A stretch of DNA of 64,000 nt. Origin: a candidate division CPR2 bacterium GW2011_GWC2_39_35 (lineage in GTDB: Bacteria; Patescibacteriota; CPR2). Position 1 is the stretch's first letter; every line of letters starts with the position of its first letter. The DNA is taken from the NCBI GenBank assembly GCA_000995065.1, contig LBWX01000001.1, positions 31,563 to 95,562 of the forward strand, written 5' to 3'. Below, in pieces: positions 1 through 8,260 of the stretch. The position numbers and the translations under genes are program-made. Below the pieces are notes generated by a model. That model was not told the origin of the DNA, made no database searches, and saw only the letters and a list, made by a program, of their open reading frames with translations.

Positions 1-116
1 GCCCCTTTAGAGTGCGAGAGTTCTTTGGGGACGTAAGTAATTGTTTCGGTAGTAGAGTTATAGGCAAATCGTTTACCAGGAACGCAAACGTAATCCTTAA
101 ATATATCTTCGTACAT
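1..116 (-). CDS. Hypothetical protein, N-terminal fragment running off the window edge (MYEDIFKDYVCVPGKRFAYNSTTETITYVPKELSHSKG...)
   Basis: ATG at 116 on the minus strand, preceded by purine-rich AAGGGGGGA; frame stays open to position 1. Confidence 0.6.
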   Translation of the reverse strand, partial: MYEDIFKDYVCVPGKRFAYNSTTETITYVPKELSHSKG

Positions 117-283
117 GTCCCCCCTTAACATTCGTTATTTGATATGATCGGTATGTTTATTTTATTTTTTTTATAAACGAAGTCAATATTGTTTTAGAAA
201 TTTTTGTAACTATTAACAAAAATAACAACAAATATTCCAAAATATTTAGATTTGTAACCGAAAGAGAGTACGAGCTCTACTTG

Positions 284-1114
284 TTAATTTGCATCTAAAT
301 TAATGTAAGTTAAATATTTTTGCGTTGTGATGAGGTTTTTGTGTCCCGCAACTGTTGCGATTTCTTCAATACTTGCGCCGCTTTTCAGTTTATTGATGCA
401 GAAGGTGTGTCTTAGGTCGAATAGTGTTGCATTATTAATTTCTGCTTTTAAAAAATACCTGTTTATTTGACGTCTTAGATTACGGATGTTTAAAGGGATA
501 CCCGATGCTGAGACGAATAGATTTGCTTCCGACGATTTTGGTCTTACGGCGAGATACTTAAGGAGATTTTTTAGTGATAAATCTTCGAGCGGAATAGTCC
601 TGTCCTTTAGAACCAGACTGCCCTTGTTTTCAGTTAGAAGAAAATCAGTCATTTTTAAGTTAATGACTTCGCCAACCTTAATGCCTGAATAGAGCAGCAG
701 ATATACAATAGCAAGAGACCTTAAGTCGTTTTTTATTAGGTCTCTAAGTTTACTTATTTCTTCTTCTGTAAGCAGTCTCAATTCCGTACATTCTTTAGGC
801 GTCGAGTTGCTCGAAATATAATGGATAGAGACATTATATTTTTCTGATAAGTAGTCCAAAAAATTATTTACAGCAGACTTTTTACTATTAAGGCTTTTAG
901 TGCTATACCCTTCTTTGCTTAAATGCACCATGAAAAGCTCTGTGGATCTTTCTGAAATCGTAAATAAATCCTTATGCAAACCCCAAAAATAACAAAATTG
1001 CCTGACGGTATTTTCATAGCTCCTTGCGGTTGTTTGACTGAGTGTTTGGTTTCGAAGATGGCGTATATAATTTTCTAGTATTTCGGCGACTGTATCCATC
1101 GCTTCATTATACAT
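284..1114 (-). CDS. XerC/XerD-like tyrosine recombinase with degenerate catalytic motifs
   Basis: N-terminal SAM-like region; LLYSGIKVGE box I, DLRHTF box II, AGH..TTQKY C-terminus. Confidence 0.85.
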   Translation of the reverse strand: MYNEAMDTVAEILENYIRHLRNQTLSQTTARSYENTVRQFCYFWGLHKDLFTISERSTELFMVHLSKEGYSTKSLNSKKSAVNNFLDYLSEKYNVSIHYISSNSTPKECTELRLLTEEEISKLRDLIKNDLRSLAIVYLLLYSGIKVGEVINLKMTDFLLTENKGSLVLKDRTIPLEDLSLKNLLKYLAVRPKSSEANLFVSASGIPLNIRNLRRQINRYFLKAEINNATLFDLRHTFCINKLKSGASIEEIATVAGHKNLITTQKYLTYINLDAN

Positions 1115-1199
1115 AATTATAAAGCACTGTCAAAAGGTTAGAATGAAACCCTAAAAAATATATCAAATGCATGCCAAACCCGATAAAATCATATTCTCA

Positions 1200-1228
1200 T
1201 TGACAAAAAAGGGTTTTTCGGCTATACT
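1200..1228 (+). promoter_or_regulatory. Sigma70-type promoter
   Basis: TTGACA (1200-1205), 17 bp spacer, TATACT (1223-1228). Confidence 0.8.
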
Positions 1229-1234
1229 TAGATA

Positions 1235-1347
1235 AAGTACTTTTTAAGTTAAATTTTTTCTAATAAGAATGTTAGCGACTCGCTAATTGGCGTAAAACCC
1301 GTTAGCTTGTTGACTAGCATTCCTATTTGAGAGAGTTTAAGGGACTT
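1235..1347 (+). ncRNA. Candidate structured RNA or 5' leader (long imperfect hairpin)
   Basis: Begins at the predicted TSS; hand-folds into a ~113-nt rod with many G-U pairs (AAATTTTTTC/GAGAGAGTTT, GAATGTTAG/CTAGCATTC, GCTAATTGG/CCGTTAGC). Confidence 0.45.
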
Positions 1348-1488
1348 GTTGCGCTATAGTATCGATCAGATAATAATTTAGTGATAAACTAATTTGGCAG
1401 AACACGTTTTGCCAAACAAATTTGTAAAAATAATGAATGTAATTTAAGCGCAGTCATATAAAATTACAATTAACTATAGGGAGAATCT

Positions 1489-2010
1489 ATGACTCCAACA
1501 TTAAGAAACATACTTATTCCGATTTTAATCATAATCGCTTTTGTTGGGATTGCTTTAGGAGTAGCTAATTATAGAAAGCAGGTAGAGCAAACAAAAAGCA
1601 CAGAGGATCAAGCACAAGTTGCGCCGGAGTTAACTATTACTTCTCCCGAAGATCAGGAAAAAATTTCCGGAAGTGATGTTACTGTAAAGGGTGAAACTGA
1701 CCCTCAGAATAAGGTTAGCGTTAATAATAATGAGATCGCGGTTGGACAGGACGGATTTTTTGAGACCGTTGTGCCTCTTATGGATAAAGAAAATAGAATT
1801 ACTGTAGAATCGACTGATAAGAATGGTAACAAAACCTCAATTGAGAGGGTTGTCATTAAGGAAGTAGCCGTGGCTGCAGATCGGCCTGCAGAGTTAAGTC
1901 AGGCTGGGCCAGAAACTTGGATTGCTCTATTTATGACTTTAACTCTTGTTGCTTATTTGCTAAAAAGGTTCTCAGGGCAGAGCGTTGACTCCAGCTTAAA
2001 GAAATTCTAA
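1489..2010 (+). CDS. Surface protein with an Ig-like beta-sandwich domain and a C-terminal LPxTG-like motif plus TM helix
   Basis: N-terminal hydrophobic helix; PELTITSP...VKGETDP..VSVN...F...L...N.I.V...D..GN Ig-like pattern; LSQAGP followed by TM and a basic tail; SD GGGAG. Confidence 0.7.
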   Translation: MTPTLRNILIPILIIIAFVGIALGVANYRKQVEQTKSTEDQAQVAPELTITSPEDQEKISGSDVTVKGETDPQNKVSVNNNEIAVGQDGFFETVVPLMDKENRITVESTDKNGNKTSIERVVIKEVAVAADRPAELSQAGPETWIALFMTLTLVAYLLKRFSGQSVDSSLKKF

Positions 2011-2027
2011 AAATCTAGCTAATAGCG

Positions 2028-2066
2028 AATAACCGGTCTTAATTGCAATTAAGACCGGTTATTTTT
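2028..2066. terminator. Perfect 36-bp palindrome, probable intrinsic terminator
   Basis: AATAACCGGTCTTAATTGCAATTAAGACCGGTTATT followed by TTT. Confidence 0.7.
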
Positions 2067-2137
2067 GAGATAAAATCATTGTTTTGTCGGATATAAACAT
2101 CTATCACAGTAAGACTCAATCTGATAAAATATTTTTT

Positions 2138-2887
2138 ATGGCAAAATACTATATTGGCACATCGGGCTGGGCATATAAGCATTGGAAAGATATTTTTTAT
2201 CCAAATGAAATGCCTCAAAGCCACTGGCTTGAGTTTTATTCAAAATACTTTAATACGGTTGAAGTAAACTCAAGCTTTTATCGGCAGCCAACGCAAAAGA
2301 CTATAAATAAGTGGGTGGATTCTGTTCCGACGAATTTTCAGTTTTCTGTCAAACTAAATCGGTATGTTACTCATTTGAAGAAACTTAGTTTGGAAAAAGA
2401 CGATTTGCTTGGGTTAATAAATCCATTTTATGATTTTGGCATAAAAATGGGACCAGTCTTAATTCAACTCCCGCCTTTTTATAAGGCGAATAGCGAGGTT
2501 TTGGTGAGGTTTTTAAAATCTCTGCCATCACATCATAAATATGCTTTTGAGCCAAGACATGAGAGCTGGTTCTCTCCTCAAATAGTAAGAATTTTAAGGG
2601 ATCATAATATTGCTCTCGTGATTGCAGATTCCTCCAAATTTCCGATCTTAGAGACGCAAACTGCGGATTTTGGCTATATTCGATTTCACGGTCTTAATCT
2701 ATATGAATCTATGTATAACGAAGATGATTTGGAAAAGTGGGCCGTAAAAATCAAAAAATGGTCAAAGAAATGGCAGGAAGTATACATCTATTTTAATAAC
2801 GATGCCCAAGGACACGCCGTCAAAAATGCGTTAGATTTAAAGCAGATTTTAGGGGTATCCTATGGCAAGAATAGCAGTAGTAGCTGA
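2138..2887 (+). CDS. DUF72 (YecE-like) protein
   Basis: IGTSGWAY..W...FYP, FNTVEVNSSFY, LIQLPP, AFEPRHESW, YIRFHG, YIYFNND motifs; ATG 2138 preferred as start. Confidence 0.9.
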   Translation: MAKYYIGTSGWAYKHWKDIFYPNEMPQSHWLEFYSKYFNTVEVNSSFYRQPTQKTINKWVDSVPTNFQFSVKLNRYVTHLKKLSLEKDDLLGLINPFYDFGIKMGPVLIQLPPFYKANSEVLVRFLKSLPSHHKYAFEPRHESWFSPQIVRILRDHNIALVIADSSKFPILETQTADFGYIRFHGLNLYESMYNEDDLEKWAVKIKKWSKKWQEVYIYFNNDAQGHAVKNALDLKQILGVSYGKNSSSS

Positions 2888-3599
2888 TCTCCATGTGCAC
2901 GAACAGTCTAAAGGTTATATAAAGAAGCTTTTTTTGCGTCGCGACATCAATAAAGAGGCGGATATTTTGCTTATTGGGGGAGATCTCACCCAAAACGGCA
3001 AAATAAGAGAAGCGGAGATATTACTAGAGGAATTAAAAGTTGTGAAAATTCCCATTTATGCAGTTCTTGGAAATCACGATTATCAGCTAAATAAGAAAGA
3101 TAAAATTATCGAGGTTTTAAAAGATAAGGTTTTGGTGCTGGATGGAGATGGGATTGATATTGAAATCAAGGGTTTTAAAGTTGGCATCGCCGGTGTCAAA
3201 GGGTTTTGTGGCGGATTCGAACCTCATGTTGCCCAGGCGTATGGCGAAAAAGCATTAAAAGATTTTGTTTTCGCCGGCGATAGAGAAGCGGAAAAATTGG
3301 ACGAGGCTTTAAGTGAGCTCGAATCTGACGTTAAAATTGCTCTTCTTCATTATTCACCCGTTAAAGAAACAATAATAGGCGAGTTTCCGGAAATTTTTGC
3401 ATTCCTAGGCAGTAAGAAACTTTCTGTGCCTCTTGATTATCACAAAGTTTCCATAGCGTTTCATGGTCATGCGCATCACGGTACAATTATCGGGAAAACA
3501 GATGGCGGGATCGAGGTTCATAATGCAACTAGGATTTTGTATCATAATAACTATATCGTATTTGAGTTGAAGGAAGGCAAATGGATCAGAAAGTTTTAG
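2862..3599 (+). CDS. Calcineurin-like metallophosphoesterase
   Basis: DLH, GDL, GNHD, LLHYSP and HGHAH motifs. Confidence 0.9.
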   Translation: MARIAVVADLHVHEQSKGYIKKLFLRRDINKEADILLIGGDLTQNGKIREAEILLEELKVVKIPIYAVLGNHDYQLNKKDKIIEVLKDKVLVLDGDGIDIEIKGFKVGIAGVKGFCGGFEPHVAQAYGEKALKDFVFAGDREAEKLDEALSELESDVKIALLHYSPVKETIIGEFPEIFAFLGSKKLSVPLDYHKVSIAFHGHAHHGTIIGKTDGGIEVHNATRILYHNNYIVFELKEGKWIRKF

Positions 3600-4192
3600 A
3601 CCTCTTAGACGCAACGATAAAAGCTGTAAAGGAAGCCAACATTAATTACATGATTGGTGGCGGCCTTGCCCTTATTCATTATGGAATGCTTAGGGAGACG
3701 CACGACTTGGACATATTTGTAAAACAGGAAGACGCGGAAAAGTTGATAAAAGGCTTTGAAAAACAAGGGATGTTAACTAAGCTCACTGATAAAAGATGGC
3801 TTTATCAAGCGACTTTAGGAAAGGGTTTGCTCGAATTTAAGAAAAACAACACGATAGATGTCATCTTCCAAAATGACACCGAGATTAAAATAGGTGATAG
3901 GTTTTTACTCCGGGCACAGAAAGTTAAGTTTCATGATAGACAGTTTAACGTAATATCTGTCGAAGATCTGGTTTTATTTAAGGCTCATAGTCAAAAAGAA
4001 TGGATAAAAAATCATTGGCGAGACGGAGTTTGGCTTATAAATAATCATATTTTAGAATTCAATTGGGATTATTTTTTGAGTTTGCCGGAAGCGTATTCCA
4101 GAAAGGTACTTGGTTTTTTGCTGATGGTTGATTCTGTAAGACAGGAAGTTCCTTTTAGAGTAATTAAACAAATATCAGATAAAGTATTATAA
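3581..4192 (+). CDS. Nucleotidyltransferase family protein (pol beta fold)
   Basis: GGGLA...R.T.DLD motif, a downstream IDVI Asp, and S.EDL...K helix. Confidence 0.8.
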   Translation: MDQKVLDLLDATIKAVKEANINYMIGGGLALIHYGMLRETHDLDIFVKQEDAEKLIKGFEKQGMLTKLTDKRWLYQATLGKGLLEFKKNNTIDVIFQNDTEIKIGDRFLLRAQKVKFHDRQFNVISVEDLVLFKAHSQKEWIKNHWRDGVWLINNHILEFNWDYFLSLPEAYSRKVLGFLLMVDSVRQEVPFRVIKQISDKVL

Positions 4193-4198
4193 TATCCT

Positions 4199-4239
4199 TA
4201 AGGAATAAGGAATAAGGAATAAGGAATAAGGAATAAGGA
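4199..4239 (+). repeat. Tandem heptamer repeat (TAAGGAA)x5 plus a partial copy abutting the ATG
   Basis: Read directly from the sequence. Confidence 0.95.
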
Positions 4240-4721
4240 TGGCCTTAAACGAATACAATAAGAAAAGAGATTTTAGTAAAACCGGGGAGCCGAAGGGCGC
4301 CAAATATCATATATCCAGGATGAGATTTGTGGTTCAGGAGCATGAGGCAACTCATCATCATTTTGATTTTCGGTTGGAACTGCCGGAGGATATATTTGAA
4401 AATCCCCATGATCCGCGAGGGTATATTGTTCTTAAAAGCTGGGCTATACCAAAATATGTTCCGGACAAAAAAGGCGAGAAGAAGCTGGCCGTGGCAACCG
4501 AAGATCATCCCGTAGAATATTGCGATTTTGAAGGCACGATTCCCGAAGGCGAGTATGGGGCAGGGATTGTTAAAATATGGGATAAAGGAAGCTTTGAAAT
4601 AATTAGTAATGAGGCAAAGACTCTAAAAGTGCGCCTTAAAGGAAATAAACTAAATGGCGATTGGGTGCTTATAAACACGCGTTTTTCCAAGGAAAATCAG
4701 TGGCTTATTTTTCGGGCTTAG
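4239..4721 (+). CDS. Stand-alone LigD 3'-phosphoesterase (PE) domain protein
   Basis: Y..KRDF.KT.EP, FVVQEH.A..HHFDFRLE, LKSWAIPK, LAV.TEDHP.EY..FEG.IP.GEYGAG.V..WDKG. Confidence 0.9.
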   Translation: MALNEYNKKRDFSKTGEPKGAKYHISRMRFVVQEHEATHHHFDFRLELPEDIFENPHDPRGYIVLKSWAIPKYVPDKKGEKKLAVATEDHPVEYCDFEGTIPEGEYGAGIVKIWDKGSFEIISNEAKTLKVRLKGNKLNGDWVLINTRFSKENQWLIFRA

Positions 4722-4743
4722 TAATTCTGACCCACCCTCACTT

Positions 4744-4815
4744 CCGTCATCTCAAACTTGTTTCAGGATCCTGTCTGATCACGAAAGGGATCCTGAAACA
4801 AGTTTGAGATGACGG
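4744..4815. repeat. REP-like palindromic element (family A) nested in an outer hairpin at 4733-4848
   Basis: 28-bp arms CCGTCATCTCAAACTTGTTTCAGGATCC / GGATCCTGAAACAAGTTTGAGATGACGG; related copy at 45055-45124. Confidence 0.85.
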
Positions 4816-4937
4816 GTTTTTGTAGGCTCTTTTGAAAAAGTGAGGGTGATTCAGTTAGGATTCAGTTAATTCTTTACAAAAGCGAAAAAATGTGGTAAAT
4901 TTGGATGGTCAAATCTTTTTAAGGAGGTTTTTAGTTT

Positions 4938-6065
4938 ATGCCAAAAACAGAAAATGCGTTGACGATGGCAGATCTCATGGCTGAGGCCCAAGTAAAGGCT
5001 CTTGCTGCTGGAGATATCGTTGAAGGCGAAATAATTAGTAAAACAAGAAATGAAGTTTGGGTAGACATACCCGGATTTGGTACCGGTGTTATTGCCGGTC
5101 GAGAGCTACAAGAAAACTCATCTATTATTTCTGACCTAAAAATCGGTGATAAGGTAATGGCATCCATTATCGAACCCGAGATGGAAGAAGGATGTGCTCT
5201 TTTATCTCTTAGAAAAGCTGCAAAAGATAGAGTTTGGGATCGGCTAGAAGAAAAGAAAAGCAAAGAAGAAAAATTAATGGTTAAGGCTTGCGATGCAAAT
5301 AAGGGCGGACTATTAATTGAAGTTGACGGTGTCCGAGGTTTTCTTCCGGTTTCGCAGTTGGCTCCCGAGCATTATCCGAGAGTGTCCGGCGGAGATAAGG
5401 ACGAAATCCTAATCAAATTAAACTCGCTCGTAAATAGGCCCTTAGAAGTCATTATTCTTGATGTGGATAAAAAGGAGAATAAATTAATATTTTCCGAGAA
5501 GATCGCTCAAAAAGAAGTCACCAAGAGCATCCTCTCTAATTTTGAAATCGGACAAATTGTAAAAGGAAAAGTTACCGGCGTTGTTGATTTCGGTATTTTT
5601 ATGAATGTTGCCGGAGTAGAAGGTCTGGTACATATCTCAGAGATTTCGTGGGACAGAGTGGAAGATGTTAGAGGGCACGTTAAGGTTGGTGAAGATATAG
5701 AAGCAAAGATCATTGGTATCGAAAAAGATAAAATTTCTCTAAGCTTAAAACAGCTTAGCCAAGATCCCTGGAAAGAAGCCATAAAAGATTTTAGCATTAA
5801 CGATTTAGTTGATGGTAAAGTAACCAGAGTTACTCCTTTTGGAGCCTTTGTTCAGATTCATAATAGTATAGAAGCTTTGGTTCATATTACGGAATTATCT
5901 GATGAACCAATTAACGCTCCGGCTGACGTTGTTAAAGTCGGCGAGTCTTATAAGTTTAAAATAATTTCTATCGAGCCTAATGGCCGGAAATTAGCCTTAA
6001 GCTTAAAATCCGCTCTTAAAGAAAAGAAAGAAGAAAAACCTAAAAAGGTTAAAAAGGAAGTTTAA
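4938..6065 (+). CDS. rpsA: 30S ribosomal protein S1
   Basis: Four S1 repeats (ANKGGL..GFLPVSQ, FGIF..EGLVHISEISW, FGAFV..EALVHITEL); SD AAGGAGG. Confidence 0.92.
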   Translation: MPKTENALTMADLMAEAQVKALAAGDIVEGEIISKTRNEVWVDIPGFGTGVIAGRELQENSSIISDLKIGDKVMASIIEPEMEEGCALLSLRKAAKDRVWDRLEEKKSKEEKLMVKACDANKGGLLIEVDGVRGFLPVSQLAPEHYPRVSGGDKDEILIKLNSLVNRPLEVIILDVDKKENKLIFSEKIAQKEVTKSILSNFEIGQIVKGKVTGVVDFGIFMNVAGVEGLVHISEISWDRVEDVRGHVKVGEDIEAKIIGIEKDKISLSLKQLSQDPWKEAIKDFSINDLVDGKVTRVTPFGAFVQIHNSIEALVHITELSDEPINAPADVVKVGESYKFKIISIEPNGRKLALSLKSALKEKKEEKPKKVKKEV

Positions 6066-6164
6066 TGGGACGTCTTAAAGTGTCTTAAGGCTTAAAGACC
6101 CGGATATTATATAATAATGCGTCTCTTAAGATTTTAAAGAGGCGCTTTATTATTAAAGGAGGCT

Positions 6165-7928
6165 ATGTTGTCAGAAGAGTTAAAAATAGAAATTGGTGAA
6201 GTTGTTACTGTCGGTGAACTGGCGGGAAAGCTTAATGTTCCGGTTAGTAAGGTTATTGGCGAACTAATGAAAAACGGCATAATGGCCACCATAAATGAAA
6301 ACATTGATTTTGAAACAGCGCAAATTATCGGCGAATATTTAGGATTTAACATTGATAGGGAGAGACAAGAAACTGTTAAAGAGGTTGTAGAGAAAAAGAC
6401 TAAATCTTCGGGAAAACTTGTCTCTAGACCGCCAATCGTGGCGGTTATGGGTCATGTTGACCACGGCAAAACAACCTTGCTTGACGCTATTAGAGAGAGT
6501 CGGGTGGCCCAGAAAGAAGCAGGCGGAATTACGCAGCATATTGGCGCCTATCAGGTAGAAAAAAATGGTAAAACGATTACTTTTTTGGACACGCCAGGAC
6601 ATGCTGCTTTCGAAAGTATGAGGGCTCGCGGTGCCGAAGTTACTGACATTGCTATTATCGTAGTGGCGGCGAATGATGGTATAAAACCGCAAACCAGCGA
6701 AGCGATAGACCATGCTAAAAGAGCTAATGTGCCCATGATCGTTGCAATTAACAAAATTGATTTGCCGGAAGCAAATATCGATAGAGTAAAACAGCAATTG
6801 ACTGAAATTGGTCTAATTCCAGAAGATTGGGGCGGCGACGTTATTACCATTCCAGTCTCAGCAAAAGATGGCAAAGGACTGGACGATCTCTTAGAGATGG
6901 TTTTGCTTGTTTCGGGAATCCATAACTTCGAGGCTGAAAAAGGCGGCGAGGCCACCGGTGTAATTATTGAGTCTCATATGGCGGTTGGAAAAGGACCGGT
7001 CGCTACCGTACTTGTCAAAAATGGTACTCTTAAAGTTAGTGATACGATTCAGGCCGGGGCAACATATGGAAAAGTAAAAATCATGGAAGACTATAAAGGA
7101 AAAAGGATAAAAGAAGCAGGTCCGTCAACGCCGGTTAGAATCTCAGGTTTAAAGGCAATTGCCGCGGCCGGAGATATTGTTCAGGTTTTTGCCGATGAAA
7201 GAATGTCGAAGGATCAAGCATTTATTTTTCAAAGGCAACAATCAAGTAAAAAAATATCGGAAGTAAAAAAGCTCGGTCTTGCGGAACTTACAGCTTCGTA
7301 TGAAGCCGGAATGACAAAGGATTTAAATATCATTTTAAAGGCCGATGTTAAGGGTTCGCTTGATGCCATAAAAGAGTCATTAGGTAAGTTTAAAACCCCT
7401 GAAGTGCAGGTAAAGATAATCAGTGAGGGCGTGGGCCTAATAAACGAGTCCGATATTATGATGGCTAAAACCTCAAATGCGCTCGTTATCGGATTTAATG
7501 TGCCTTTAAGCGCCACCATAAATCAGCTGTCGATAAGAGAAAAAGTAAAGGTATTGGGTTACCAAGTTATTTACGAACTCCTAGATGACATCAGAAATGC
7601 TTTAGAATCACTGTTGCCGCCGCTTATTACAGAAGTTACGGTTGGCAAGCTAGAAATCCTAAAAATCTTTAAAACTGCAAAAGGACACATTATCGCTGGA
7701 GGTAAAGTAACTTCCGGAAAACTCGAGAAGGGATTGGAAGTAAAAATTATAAGAAATGCCGAGGAAGAAGGCAAAGGAAAAATTAATTCCGTTAAAAGAG
7801 AAAAAGACGAGGTTAAAGAGTGCGGCATTGGAATGGAATGCGGTTTGAGTATCGAGACCAATGTAAAACTTATGGAAAAAGATATTATAGAAGCATTTAT
7901 ATTAGAGGAGACTAAACGGCACTTATGA
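6165..7928 (+). CDS. infB: Translation initiation factor IF-2
   Basis: RPPIVAVMGHVDHGKTTLLD, EAGGITQHIGAY, DTPGH, NKID. Confidence 0.98.
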   Translation: MLSEELKIEIGEVVTVGELAGKLNVPVSKVIGELMKNGIMATINENIDFETAQIIGEYLGFNIDRERQETVKEVVEKKTKSSGKLVSRPPIVAVMGHVDHGKTTLLDAIRESRVAQKEAGGITQHIGAYQVEKNGKTITFLDTPGHAAFESMRARGAEVTDIAIIVVAANDGIKPQTSEAIDHAKRANVPMIVAINKIDLPEANIDRVKQQLTEIGLIPEDWGGDVITIPVSAKDGKGLDDLLEMVLLVSGIHNFEAEKGGEATGVIIESHMAVGKGPVATVLVKNGTLKVSDTIQAGATYGKVKIMEDYKGKRIKEAGPSTPVRISGLKAIAAAGDIVQVFADERMSKDQAFIFQRQQSSKKISEVKKLGLAELTASYEAGMTKDLNIILKADVKGSLDAIKESLGKFKTPEVQVKIISEGVGLINESDIMMAKTSNALVIGFNVPLSATINQLSIREKVKVLGYQVIYELLDDIRNALESLLPPLITEVTVGKLEILKIFKTAKGHIIAGGKVTSGKLEKGLEVKIIRNAEEEGKGKINSVKREKDEVKECGIGMECGLSIETNVKLMEKDIIEAFILEETKRHL

Positions 7929-8260
7929 CCGACAGGCACATCAAAGTTCAAGAATTAATAAAAGAAGAGATATCAAAGCTTATCCTGAGGGAAAAGATTG
8001 AAGGTACTATTTTGACAGTCACCGGTGTCGATGTCAGTCCGGATTATAAAAACGCAACGGTCTGGATTAGTGTTTTAGGCGGAAATGCCGAAGTATCGAT
8101 TAAAGAGCTATCTAAGAAGCTTCCCGAATTCCAATCCGTCATAAATAAAAGGCTATCGCTAAAGATTGTGCCAAAGCTTACGTTAAGAGAAGATCATTCA
8201 GCCGAGTATGCTGAAAAAATTGAGAAGCTATTTAAGAAAATAAAAAATGAAGACGATTGA
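7925..8260 (+). CDS. rbfA: Ribosome-binding factor A
   Basis: TVTGVDVSPD..NATV, LK.VPKL; follows infB. Confidence 0.92.
   Translation: MTDRHIKVQELIKEEISKLILREKIEGTILTVTGVDVSPDYKNATVWISVLGGNAEVSIKELSKKLPEFQSVINKRLSLKIVPKLTLREDHSAEYAEKIEKLFKKIKNEDD

Noticed and set aside
120-283. Possible dif site next to the Xer-like gene
   Set aside because: No convincing match to the 28-bp dif consensus (XerD arm TTATGTTAAA)
1235-1347. SRP (4.5S) RNA assignment for the long hairpin
   Set aside because: Lacks the domain IV CAGG/GNRA/AGCA signature
6165-7928. Short IF2 (and the short atpH) as pseudogenes
   Set aside because: Core domains are intact; N-terminal shortening is ordinary in reduced genomes
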